NCBI GenBank assembly: GCA_965644265.1
Contig: OZ286464.1
Coordinates: 30,132,001 to 30,196,000, forward strand
Origin: Glycera tridactyla
Lineage: Eukaryota
Length of the DNA stretch: 64,000 nucleotides
Direction of reading: 5' to 3'
Shown here: positions 50,901-64,000 of the stretch, piece by piece
Numbering within the stretch: the first letter of the stretch is position 1
How the letters are laid out: each line of letters begins with the position of its first letter
Position numbers and translations under genes: made by a program
Notes under the pieces: model-generated
Seen by the model: only the letters and a program-made list of their open reading frames with translations
Database searches by the model: none
Told to the model about the DNA's origin: nothing

Positions 50901-53900
50901 TAGGGGAGATGTGAGATACATTCCTCGCAGAAATTAAATTCCATGGAGCTCTTTATTTATGAAGCCTATCATGTCAGGGATGCCCTGAATGCAGGGTGCA
51001 TGTACCTAGGAAGCCATGTCTGTTTTTGTGGAATAGGTATTTTTACACTCATCAAACACAGAGATTTTCCGATGCATTTCTTCTACCTTGGTCGATCTGC
51101 CATAAACACTGCACCAGACTCTTCTACCCTCATCTGATACTAAATATGTCACGTAATTTATATGGTTCATCCAAGAGGATTCACGTATATCTATTCAAAC
51201 GAGAGTTATTGTGTTTTTGGTTTATCGTCTCTACACTCAAAATGTTGGCCTACTGAAGAGAGAATTTCATGTTTGAGTTTGAATTCGAGCTCTTGGGTGG
51301 TCTAGAATGTTGAGATTGGTATCGGGTGGGTGAATCAGAATTGCTTGAGAGTCAGTCACACATAGCTACACTCACATTCCGGATATCTAATAAGATTTAA
51401 GAGAGATAGTGTGTGCAGCATCCTAATGAGGTAATAAGGATTGATAGCTGATCTTGTTTGTAAGCCTTGCACGTGTCTACAGTAATGCAAAGCTGAGTAG
51501 ATTCGACCTGTTCTCATTGAAACATTCAATCAATGGAAAAAAATATCAAAGTCATGGAAACAGTCACAGGAGTAAACACGATCTCAGCTCACTTTTAAAC
51601 ATCTCAGGCTCGTTGTCATACACTATGGAGATAATTTTTAGTGACTAGGATAGCAGAGATAGTGGAGCATAATATGTGTGCTCTGACTCATTCACACGAC
51701 TTGAAAAAACACAATTTCAAACAGTAGACGTTTTCAACTTGGTCACGGACTAAGTTACACACGCCTGAATGATGTGTCAACTGCATGGGCTCAGAGATAC
51801 CTTGCTTGTAGCAAAATATCCACTGCCACCTTGGTACACAAGAATGGTCACGTTTGGAGATTTATTTTTTTACCTTACACAGACCCTATGAGCTCTCCGA
51901 GTATTCTGTGAAATGGCTGTCAGTGTGGTTGGCTGATGGTTTTTCTGTGACAGTGATGTCACTATACGTGATCAAGGTAACAGATATACGAGTTTTGGAT
52001 TACCAAGGCTTCGATAAGGTTCACTGGGACGAGAGATGACGATATATAGCCATGACCGGGCAGTCGTTATTGCAATGCTGGTTTTATGTAAGCAGAGACA
52101 ACATTGTACATTTAAGAACAAATAAGATACGGTGTCTCTAAACGTTCAGCTACCTTTATTCGGTAACCTATCTGGTTGCCATCTATATGCGGCCCCTGAA
52201 TTGTATTGTACATTTTGTAATTTGTACTCAAACAGAGGGATTTATAGTCTCTGACATCCCCTCTGCGCATTCAAATGAAAGTGTGAAATGTCAAAAATGT
52301 CAAATTAGGCTCAGGTTTATTGGGAGTGACGTCTTCAGGGGAAAATACATGCAGCTGCTATAGATTAGGAACACACAACATTCCTGAATTTCCAGGTTGA
52401 TAACGCTGCTACAACCCAACCGACCAATCATGCACCACAATATTGATTCAGGTGCTCCGACCGAGTGGTGATCCTAGTCGCCGTTGTGTAACAGTTTGTC
52501 ACAGTTGAGAACGAGGGGAACTCGCCCTAACTGGCCCATAAAATTGTGAAGATGAGCTCTTCAATTTGATCAGTACTGACTGGTTCGGTAGTGGCACACT
52601 AGTATTGTATGACGAATTATGCAGTAGTACACTCGAACATGCTTCCAAGACCACCTCCTGACGAAGAAGACCTACCGACTATCCATCGTTTCCTGAATTT
52701 TGAAATAATCCCCGCAAAATCCTATCCTCTTGAAGACTCGGAAATTTGAAAGATTCAGTGGAAGGTTGCTAGGTAAAGGAAAAATGATTGTTCATGTTGA
52801 ACACACATCTTCGCTGTTTGGAATACGAGATGAAATACGAGATGAACACATCGATGTGCGGTAGAGATCGTGAATAACCGGGTGATATTGATTCTTCCCA
52901 ATATGATACAATCGCAGAGCGACACCTGGTGTGTCTCCATTGTCACTAGGCGTCCGTGATTGATGCGCGTGTCACGCTGGTTGCGGCTGCCGATCTATCC
53001 TACATATCAGCTCCATGATATTACATTGTATGCACACTATCAGAGCTTGCTTGTAAACGCATATAACTAGGCAACAGATGGACATGGTCTCAGTTTTTGC
53101 CCAATTGCATCGACGGGAAACATACAAGCTTGTATGTGATATATTCTGTCGGCTTGTGTCTGGAGCAGATGTTGCCGATTCATGTGCACTCGCTGAAATC
53201 ATGTACCCCACAAACGTCATGTTTATCCAATTGCCGGAGGCTCGAACTCTGTCGGGGTATCTGAAAGTGACATAAAAAATCAATGTACTGTGAGGAATGC
53301 GAGTACAACGTGCGAATTTTTGACTTTCAAATATCTCTCATGGACGAACAATTCCCAAAACAAATCGTGAAATACGTTTCACGATTCTTGTTTCAACGTA
53401 CGGTTCAAATTCACGAGCATATACCAGAAAATGACTACGAGGAAAGATGCAAAAGCCACCTAAATGAGAATTCAGGATGATATGAGACTCTCTAAAGATG
53501 ATATATCAGTTGTTCTTCCACTGAATTGACTTCAAACTCACTCAAAACCTCGAGAGCATACTCCAACTCAAAATTGGTGAGAGAGTAGGAACTTTTATAT
53601 CCAACTGATCTTCAGCAACCTGCCTATCCCTGGCTCTCCCCAATTTTATTTGATTGCTGGACTTGCGATGGCATTTCGGATCTTATTTGGTCACCGGACA
53701 TTATTTTGATAGGAAGCCAGATATCAGCCAGGCTTCAGCAGGAAACATCCTAATCTATATGATTCATGCAAATCATATTTTTGGATCAGACAGATGACGG
53801 CATCCCACAGTTCAGTCAAAAATTTCTGTGGGCATAACTTGTTCTAGGCGATCTCTGTGATTGCAAATCAGCCTCCCAATCCCAGTCATCGCACCCTTCT

Positions 53901-56509
53901 ACCTCCCTGCGACAAAGTTGCCAAAAATGCCATACTGTGTTCCCCTGGACTCTTAGCAAGGCCACTGGGGTGTTAAAGGTTCAGGTGACAATAGGGGTGA
54001 TGTGATGAGACCCGAAAAAATATCAACTGAGAAGCTGCGAAGATTGTCTTTTGAAACCATGACGGTGGTATTAGCATGAATATTCAATACATCCGGGGTA
54101 GTGCGGAACCCACGATGTTAGCAAATCCTCAAGATGGGGTTCTTGAGAACAGGTGCCTTCTTGTCGTGGGTATTTGTGATTGGATTGCATAATTAAATAA
54201 TTGTCATATTTCATTCATTCAGTTCCAAATAAATAGATCTAGTGCGAACACTGTGTGGTTGAGATTACTTTGAACTTCCGTAGAAGCTGATGGTTTTTTC
54301 AAAGCGGGTTTATTATGCTCAAAAGCTTCCCAATGTTCATCGGTATCATGAAGTGCAGAATGGTGTCACAGTGGCAGAAAGCTGTGGCACACGGGCCTTT
54401 TTTTTCTGATGAATTTGAAAGATAAAGACATATTGCCCAAAAGAGCGGTGGCTCTATAGCAAGGGACCACGAACAGCTACAATGATAACACTCCTGGGAA
54501 AAACTCAAACACATACCAGCGGGGAAGGGGTGGGTTTGAAAGCCAGTCTGCCGGTTAAGGAATACACCCTTAAAAAGCTATAACAAGACCACTTCTGAGA
54601 TTGGCTTGCTCGACATCTGTGGGGTTTGACAAACTAACTAGGCCAAACAAATAAGAAAATAAGTACGACCCTACTAACATGTCCAATTCCGTGTAGGTGG
54701 ATGAGTCATAGAGCATGTATCTGCATATCGGATACTCCATATTATATGTTCCACATCCATGATGGTTGAATGGTTAGTACCTTGTTCAAAATTGAAAATG
54801 ACATTCACGGACAAAACTAGTGCAAAAATCATAGTGGATTGCCCAAAAAATCTCGGAAAAAAATCGCATTGCAACGGATGAGAGCACACCTCGTTTCTAC
54901 TACATGCCACTTTTGGGAGGTACTGGCTGTGGAGTGGTACATCTAATGAAAGGTTTTTCTAGAATCGTAGATCATGTAGCAGCTTGTCCTTTGAAGTGTC
55001 GATCTGTTGAAGAGAGGCGGGCGGTTGATTAATAGAATGAACACCATTGATGTGAAAGATGTGATATGTAAGCCACCCACGGGGAGTGTCCCTCGAGTGA
55101 AACGGTTATCTAGACTATCTACATCTGATGTTTGCGACAGGTTGAGCAGTGTGATCACGGGGGGGGGGAATTCTCAGACATAAATCTACTACAATAAATC
55201 TGGAGCACGACTCAGGAATCACCAAGCTCACCACCTAATTGATATTGAAGGCATGGCGGTGAAGACGCCAGATAGAGCGCATTATCATACTGAAGCCAAC
55301 CTGTGGATAACTCAGCCAGGGGTACATGCCTTAGTCAATAATTAATAAGTTAATGGATATGAAGACTAGAAGGTAAATATATCAATGAGATAATGTATGG
55401 ATGAAATGTGAGTAGATAATTGAATTGGTGACGAGAGAAGAAAGATTGTTTCAGAAAAAAAGTATTGAACAAATGTATGGATACCAGGATGAGACTGAGT
55501 GGATTAATTGATGATCACATGATCGTTGGATGGACGAACTGGGAACTGCTGGGAATGGATGGATAGATGGGTGAGAAGATAAGTAGAAAGTAGAAAGAAG
55601 TAGACGAAGGTACGAATGAATAAATGAATGTCTGATTGACACAATCAATGAAACAGGAAAATATTTCATTGCATTCACCTTGGTACTCATTTTATGTTAA
55701 CACTCGCTGAAGACCCAATGTTGAATCTCGAATTTGATTGAATCCAGGCGAATTCGGGCAATGAGGCTACTGAATGCGATGGCGGAGGGTGGTACTGAAA
55801 GCCTCAGGCATTAGAGAACTGCGAAGAGTTTGAAAACTCCAAGTGGTCAATTTCACCAAACGGTCCACCCCTCAGAAGTTACGCCCATGCTCTCGATTGC
55901 CGAGGCTTCAAAGGAATTAGGAGTATCTTTGTTAACAACGGGTTCATCCATGATTCAGTGAAGCGAGCCCCATATCGGAGTTCTGTCTGCGAGTGATTGA
56001 CATGAAAGATGATGAATATGAGACCAATCAATAGCAATCTAGTCTCCCAGATCTATTCTGAGAATATCACCTCAAATCTCAGAAGCACTCATCACACGGA
56101 AAAGAACATGCATAATGTACAACAGCCAACAGGCGTTTGAATGAATAATTCAAGAGCAACAGATTCTTGTGGATTCCCCTCAGAAATTATTGAAATCAGC
56201 ACGCCTTCCCTTGTCACACCAGTTTTCGACTGATGACAGCCTGGAATTTGCATGAAATGAACACCAATATAAACAAGTTCATGGATATAAGTGATCAGAA
56301 TGATTTATTCTGATGTTCCATGTTATGGATATAACTTTATTTCCAATCATAGACATGACACTGTCTATTACTATGTGGTCAGACCACATCATTACGTTAT
56401 GACACTTTCAACCCCTCGGCTTCTCGACCCTCCGTTGACGACTATGACTCAATCGTGCGAAATAGAGTGAAAACAGTATTCAGTCGATGCCCTATTCGAT
56501 AGACGCCAG

Positions 56510-56790
56510 TCATCTTGGAAGTCCACATAGACAGCTGTGGATGCAGCCAGTCGTGGGATGGGTGACCATGGCAGGGGTGTGAGGACGCAGTACTGGTATG
56601 GGTGAGCCATACACAACACCAATAGTCACAGACTACATGCCAGTGGTCTAGGCCTTCTACTGTTCAGCTCAAAACATGGAAACAGGCATGAGCTACACAT
56701 CAACAGGGTTGGGTAATGGTGTGGGCGCCTATCTCGGATTTGAAAACGATGGTCCTCAGTTAGCAGTGGTGCTATAATAAGTGACTACAA
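56510..56790 (+). mobile_element. SINE-like element, family A, second copy in inverted orientation
   Basis: Its reverse complement shares a 20-nt identical block (TGGTCACCCATCCCACGACT), a ~35-nt block with 2 mismatches and a collinear tail with 45791-46070. Confidence 0.7.
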
Positions 56791-57669
56791 ATCACCAGTA
56801 ACACTCATACACCTCCTAAGCATTCAGACACATGCAAGCATGAAAGAGGGGGGTCAAAATTTGTTTACAGGCACAGAGTTGCTCCTCGCCGAATTAGACC
56901 AATCACCCATAAATAGCTAACAGCAGCACTGGGAAGAACCTTCAAGCTCAGACAGTGGTATTGGACTGAGATCAGTCAAAACAGTCGAACAAAGAATATA
57001 TGGCTGGCATTCACTGGGGGGGGGGGCTACATACAGCTTCTCTACAGAAACACTTCGTGCGCATAATGGATGAGCCTTCATGAAAGACCCCATCTGTGTT
57101 CGAAATCGCTAGAGACAGCCATCATCTTTAGGAGAATACATTCCTGGATAAGCATTTTTCTCATAACGCATATCTCCTCCGAAAATCAATCAGGCTTGCC
57201 AGGAGACCCGATCCATACCCAGTATTCATTTTGAATGCTATGAAATTCACCCTGTCGACTTTGATGTTGCTCGGTAGTGGAATATTCACCAGATATAACA
57301 GCAATATTTCCCAAAAAAAAACGGATTCAAAATGTTCATTGATAAAGATGAGAAAAAACATCCCTCATTTCCATCGAATCACAGAAAAATTCAGCACAGA
57401 AACATGGACGCATAATACAAGATACTCACGGAACAACTGTACATAAATCATATACATATGTAGATAAAGACATAGATATCAGTGCGCAGCAAATGAATAA
57501 ATAAACCATGCAGAGATTGCTTTAAATTGCTCAGACTATTCATGATGATAATATACCTACATGTTATTTTGAGGGCAGGTATTGCCCTGCAAAAGCAAGG
57601 AAGTTGGGTGAGGACTGCATTCACCGAATGCCATGGCATATTGACATAACTGATCAGAAACAGAAAACA

Positions 57670-58912
57670 TTATAGATGATTTTCGAAAACATGATTAGAC
57701 TGCTGCATATCCTGTAGACGTCGTTTGAAAACAGGCAGGCTAGTAGTATCTTCCACTATTGCAGGTATACTGTTATACACTCTGGCACCATGTACACTCA
57801 GTCTCTTGTCACCAAGAATTAGATGAGAACGGGGTATAGCTAGGGAGCCAGAGGTCTGACTTCTGGTGATCGGTCCTTCGGGGTTTACCCTGGTTTCAAA
57901 AAGATTACATAGAGGTTCAGGTACCATGTCATGAATGCACTTAAAAACAAAGTTGACATCATGGTCATTTCTTCTCTCAGCCAGAGTACTTAGTCGTAGT
58001 CTACGATACGTCAGTGTGATTGGTGTAAGGGGCTCAGCTCTCAGTATGATCCTGCATGCCGAGTTTTGTAATCTCTGTATACGGCTTTGGTTTTGTATAC
58101 TGATGCAGCTGTAGGCAACGTCACAATAATCAACAATAGGCACTACCAAAGACTTATACAGCATGAGTGCCGTGTAATGGTCTATGTTACTTCTGGCTTT
58201 GGCAATAATAGACAGTTTATTGGTGCAATTTCCAGCAGTATATAGATTATGTTTATCGAAGCTGAGTCGTGGCTGCAGGTAAACTCCCAGATATTTGAAT
58301 GAGTCAACTCTTTTTATTATATCCCCCCCCCATCACCATGCACATATTATGGTATTTAACTAGATTTTGACTGGTACCGAAGACCATCCATTTTGTCTTT
58401 TTGACATTTAATGTTAGCTTACTAGTGTGTAACCACGACTCAGCTTCAATAATTGCAAGTTGTAGGTCAAGTTCTAATTGATCCAGGTCCGAGTTAGTGG
58501 TGTATAAAACGGTATCATCAGCATACATACTGAGCCTACTACTTATGATAAAATCCGGGAGGTCATTCATATAAATGACGAATAAAAGGGGTCCAAGAAT
58601 GGACCCCTGTGGCACCCCACATCTAATAGCTCTTTCTTCAGAGAAAATACCACGAACCCTAGTAAGCTGCACTCTGTTAGTGAGATAATTACGGAACCAC
58701 TCAATAGTGCAATCTGAGATACCATATTTGCTCAGCTTGAATAGTAGTGTCTCATGGTCCACCGTGTCGAATGCCTTCTTTAGGTCCAGGAAGACCGCCC
58801 CAGTAGCACGCCCCTCATCCATACCATTTATTATCTCCTCTAAAATTTTTATGAGCCACGTGCTAGTGGAATGGCCCTTCCTGAACCCTGATTGCATCCT
58901 GAAATCCCACAT
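57670..58912 (-). mobile_element. CR1/L2-group LINE ORF2 fragment (RT and C-terminus)
   Basis: QSGFRKGHST, VFLDLKKAFDTVDHETLLFKL, GVPQGSILGPLLFVIYMNDLP, MYADDT, then LYKSLVVPIVDYCD...LQNSACRIIL in a second frame. Confidence 0.92.
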
Positions 58913-58989
58913 CTGCCACAGAACAGTCCTTCATGTGCAGACTACAATCAAATGAACCTGAACCTGAATCACTTGGATCATTAGACATA

Positions 58990-59250
58990 GCCTCCTGATG
59001 GCGAAGTCCAATCATCTAGAGGACGTCACTTTCGACCCAAGATCAATCAAACAGAATACTGAGATGGTACGACAATGATGAGAGAATTCATTAGTAGATA
59101 TATTGAAGCATCCGAATATCAAGTCGTATCAAGTCAGATGCTCAGCGAAGGGACTCTAGCATGGACTCAACATAAGCTCAACGACACAGAAACCACCGCT
59201 GATGCCGACGCCGGGTCAACTACAATACCCCGCCAACCATATTGAGGCGG
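58990..59250 (+). mobile_element. Possible non-autonomous Helentron/HINE-like element end
   Basis: GCCGACGCCGGG followed by a CCCGCC-11nt-GGCGGG hairpin and CTACAAA resembles HINE 3' ends. Resemblance only. Confidence 0.3.
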
Positions 59251-62200
59251 GCTACAAACAACAAATCGGTTGATTCTTCGGACAAAATCAACTTGGATCC
59301 CCTATAACTGTGCAATCAAGAGATGACAGCTCATTCTGAGAAGGAGTGGGACCAAAATTGGATAAGGTGGGTATCATGAAGAATTCGGATTTAATCATAA
59401 ATTTAGAGGAAGACCGCTTTCAAGCAGCGTTGTCTGCAATCTCCAAAAGCATCCAGGCATATTTTGCCTAACTACGCCTCTTGATAGGTCGATTGCACCG
59501 ATGATCAGACAGAATCGTATCCATAGCCCCTGACCGCACCGCTCTATATCTTAGGAGTGATAGTGCTGATACCATGGACACTCTGGTAGCGCCTCAGACA
59601 AGGCGTGAAAAAATACCAGTTAGGCTTCTGAGCAATAATGCAGCGAGTTTGGTTATTATGGAGAGTGTTTATATATTTATGGGCGGCTATCAGCGCGAGT
59701 TGTTTGATCCACCAGCCAAGATAAAGAGCATGTATCAAGTAGCCAATACGCTGACCATCCATACAATGATCCAGCTAGCTCCATTTCCTCGCTACTCTTC
59801 CTGTCTCCATTCATGCCAACTCACTCTTCGCCTGCGGTTTACGTATGTATGCTTTCTCCTCATCTTTCCCGATATCGAAGACATTTCATCTCTGCTGATA
59901 CGCATCTATCTCTCGACCACTCCACACACCAAGCCGAATCCACCTCTACAAACCGTCTATTCATTCATCCGTCTTTTCATTCAGGCATATATTCATTCAC
60001 GCAGGCCGCCACTTTATGCCATGGTTGTCACATTGTCATTATGAAAAACATCTATCAGCTAGGGTTTGGCTGTTCCATTTAACGACTATGGTCGTCTTAT
60101 TTGGAGCTTGATAAATCGGATCGTAGCGACTAGTTAAACATAGGCAAATGGTGCATCAGAACCATACACTTTACAATATGATAGGCAGCACTCATTGCTT
60201 GACTGACATCATTAGTTGCGAGTCCATAATTCTCCAATGTTTGGAGTTATACTTTTGGTATTCACAGAGGCGAGTGTCTGTTGTGGTGAGGGCATCAATG
60301 ATCTCGGTTCATGCTTGATGCTCGAACACATGAAATGTAAGGTGTTTGCAGCTAAGGGCATGCTCTAGGTTCTAAGTTCATATCTGACTTTGAGACTGCA
60401 ATCCACTTTCTGATATTTTTGACAAAAGAAACTCGACTCTTCATCTGATTCGTCATTCTAATGATAATAATGATATTGACGTGACCAATTTTTTCAAGAA
60501 GGGCGTGCAAGCGTATCGTATTCATAGATATATGTCCGAAAACTATTTCTTGAAAGACGTGCTTGCATGCGGAGTTTTACAGCTCAGACAGACAGCTACC
60601 TCATTAGACCTTCATGATTCTTTCTCCATACAAGACAAAGGTAATAGTATTTATGAGATCAGCTGTGGATGCTGATGCAGCTATCCGTGTTCGAGGTGAC
60701 AGCTGAACACCAATTATCACGTTTCTATAGCAACGTCCAACTACCTGAACTACAAAAATGACGACCAGACTACGTCGTGATATCAACTGAGTTGTCCTTC
60801 ATCCCAATACCAATATACGGTATCAATTTGATTCGTTGGTATCACATGGCGTACGTAGCTCAGAAAGGTCGAGGTGTTCAAATAAACGGAAATGGAAACA
60901 GATTGCTCTACAGATGTGACGGAATAACCTGTGAAGAATTGGACAGAAAAGAAATGTAAAACCAGATGATGGATTAAGTTGCATGAACGAAATCTAGGCC
61001 AACATGGATGGATGTGTTCGGACATCACATTAGTCGAATGTGTCCAGGGGCTAGTGGTACTGTGGGTTCATTCGTTCGACTTCGGTCAGAACAGAGAGCA
61101 ATATGTACGGTATTTCTCCTACCCTCATAGCAGAATATTTGCTTCCCGACTCAACAATTGCATTATGTATACCTATATCAAACCAACCAGTTTGTCTTAC
61201 CCAACTCACATCGACTAGCACATCCACCCTCGATATGGGCCATATTTATGTGAATGTTGACAATCATCCGCCTAATAGTGTGTCTTTCCTCTTTACTCTC
61301 TACCATATTTTTTCTTCCCTGGTATTTGTTATACTGTTAGTGTTATCAGCTATCGTACTCAGAGGGGGGGGGGGGAGATTTAGTCACCGCATTCGAATTG
61401 AAATGGAGATTTGTATACACAGATACAAATTCTTCATTTGGTGATTATAACATCCATAGAATATCTTGACAGAGATGAAAGCCCTTAATATTTTCGGACA
61501 TCATATGAGATTTGCTAGCCCTAATAGAAATGAACCTGAGTACCAGCTAGAATATGAGCATCATTTATCTCCATTTTCTTATGACAGTCACAAGGGCACA
61601 GATTTTCTCCACATAGACAAAAACTGATGAATAAAGTTGGTGAATCATCACATGATATATGTATGATATATGGCATATGATATATGATATATGACATACT
61701 AGTCATTTGAACCTGAGATATAATTCACAGGCGGGCTAATGACCACACCCACATTTATATTCAGTTGATACTAATCTCAAGTATTAGCATATCAACACAA
61801 TATGATGTATGATTAGTCCTACTAATTCATCGTTGTTGTCTCTGTGCCGACTCACGATACACATCTATTTTCTCCCGCCTAGGATTATAAATGGTAAAAT
61901 ATGGCTGTTCAGTAGCGATTTGAGCTGTATTGTCAGTTTTCCCTCAAGATCCATGATTGAGTATTCCCACCTCATGGTATTCACGTATATATTCCTTTGT
62001 CAAGAGTATGGTAGAGAGATAATCATACAAATCTGAGTAGCATCAGGCAGCACCTCATCAAGCCTTTGACTATTCCTTTTTCTCGCTGAAACCAGAGCAT
62101 TCTAGCGCAACAATCTGCACGTGAAAGGGTTCAGGGAACAAATGCAGTAGTCGTTTATCTCTATAAGACATTTGTAATCCGAGCGGTGAAATGAATTATA

Positions 62201-63529
62201 GCCTTTTGTGCGATTATTCACCATTAACTACCATCGCTATGGCGTTGATGTGCAACAATTTGAAATTTCATTTGCATAATATATCGTCGAATCCATCGCT
62301 TGACATCGAAGGATTGCAGACGTGGTGGAGATAGATTATCGTCGGTTTATTGAAGAATGCAATTTATCACGTACCGATTCAATTGCGGTGATAGAAATAG
62401 TACTCTGGGATTTTCACAACTTCGACCAGAAAAGTGAATGTGATTTTGCCCTTCATATCATCACAGAGGGTCAGTTAAGTCACCCGAGTCATAATGCATT
62501 CCCTGCTTCAAGTGCTGCGCTTTGCATAAAGAAAATTCAATGCTATCTGGCTCGATTGTCAGCTTCTAGCCAAATAACTAGTTACATAAGTCATCGCTAG
62601 GTTTAATATGTTTACGTTGAGTAGGTAGAGGTGTGCCTAAAGTGTCGGCTACTTCCAATTGACAACCTTTCACGTTCCCTATCATCTTGTGTTTAGGGTT
62701 TGTGTGAGGAATGCAGCTTTCATTGACCGGGAACAAATGGCATACATGGACTTCTGGGTTGATACATGCTGTTAAAAGTCATTCACTCAATCAATCGACC
62801 TATCTATTGTGACATGAAAAAGTATATAAAAAAATATGATACCATTGTGGCCATCACTAGTGGTAGTTTTATGTAGAGGTGTTTTCTCCTGTAGGTTCGA
62901 CCGTAACGCTGATATATCAGGGTCCTTTTTCCATAAAACCACACAATCCATCGGAATGTGGATAAGAGCGAGAGATGACATAGCTTCTGACCACAGCTGT
63001 TGGTCTCGTGGCTGGATAGATTGTATAAATTTCCTAATCTCAGCTATAATTCGGTGCTCATGTCTGCCGAGGGATGGATCATCTCATGCTGGATTCATCC
63101 GGGCACGCACTGGAGTAGCTGAATGATTCACTGCAGCACAAAATAAGTGTGTAGCCAAGGATGCTTTTTATTGGTCGTTATTGGTAGATTCTACTTGATA
63201 GGAATGTGATCAAATGAGCTCCTCAGTGTGGTTGGTTGGATCGCCCACAAATATGACAAAGAGACAAGAAGGGATAAAGCTTTCACGCAAACAGATTCAA
63301 CCAGAAACCACCCCCGTGATAGCAGGAGAAAGACAGACATAGCATCCTTTCCGAGAGAATACGTTTGACATTGGCTGAATCCTCGCAAAATTCTCAGAAA
63401 GGCCAGCTCACAATCAGATTGTCCAAAATTCCTTATTTATGCAGCTACACCGACGTACAATGTGGTCAAGAATCCTCAATTTGACAAGTGTATTGTTCTG
63501 ATAAGGCGTAGGCATGTTTATGCGTGTCA

Positions 63530-63695
63530 TCAGTCTCTTTCTCTCTCTCTCTCTGTCTCTCTCTCTCTGTCTCTCTCTCTCTGTCTCTCTCTCTCTCTTT
63601 CTCTCTCTCTCTCCCTCTCCCTCTATCTATCTATCTCTTTTTTCCTCTCTCTCTTCCCATCTCTCTCTTTCCCTCTCACTCCCTCTCCCTATACC
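63530..63695. repeat. (CT)n microsatellite
   Basis: Seen directly. Confidence 0.95.
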
Positions 63696-64000
63696 TAATT
63701 CAAAGTAATATATTGCAGGTATTCGTTCATGTGTTTTTCTGTGTTCTATCGCACAAGCCAGTGGTAGATGAAAGGAAATTCCTCGAATCATCCATAGGAA
63801 ACTCGGCCACTTAGGAGTCAACATGGATCCTATAGCGGACATTGGGACATTAGTCTAGAGGACCCCCCAAGAGGCCATGTTGTGTGATGGCCCAAAGAGC
63901 GCGATGAAAGAATTTGATCGAAAGGAACCCTGGTCATTGTCTGTAATGTCGTAACATTTCGCGAGATGGCAGCTTTTCATAGGAATGACTTCAAGGGGAG

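Overview
Non-vertebrate animal genomic DNA (inferred; probably a marine invertebrate), assembled with eight short N gaps and rich in microsatellites. Nothing prokaryotic is present, and I found no CRISPR array, rRNA gene or intact tRNA gene. The window appears to lie inside one minus-strand gene, a class C GPCR of the GPR158/GPR179 family (Drosophila CG31760/smog-like). Five internal coding exons (46617-46468, 25374-25180, 9132-9064, 1372-1263, 318-173) all have AG/GT boundaries. They join in phase (0,0,0,2; the last exon ends in phase 1) into 223 codons covering the EGF-like cysteine-rich stalk and TM1-TM4. The N-terminal Cache exons and the TM5-7/C-terminal exons were not found and presumably lie outside the window. 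The introns (0.9, 7.7, 16, 21 and >17 kb) carry decayed CR1/L2-group LINEs, an RNase H-bearing I-group LINE, two CCHC-tailed LINE 3' ends, a young-looking Penelope-like GIY-YIG fragment, two SINE-like families, a probable ISL2EU/Harbinger relic and several minisatellites. The most interesting signals are hammerhead-ribozyme-like motifs (one with an intact core, one a U3-A8 variant at the Penelope 3' end), inverted SINE copies bracketing a symmetric 150-nt exon (circRNA or exon-skipping candidate), a palindrome-bearing 55-bp minisatellite, and an unexplained 164-codon frame broken by a single TGA. I cannot demonstrate a wholly new biological system from the sequence alone.
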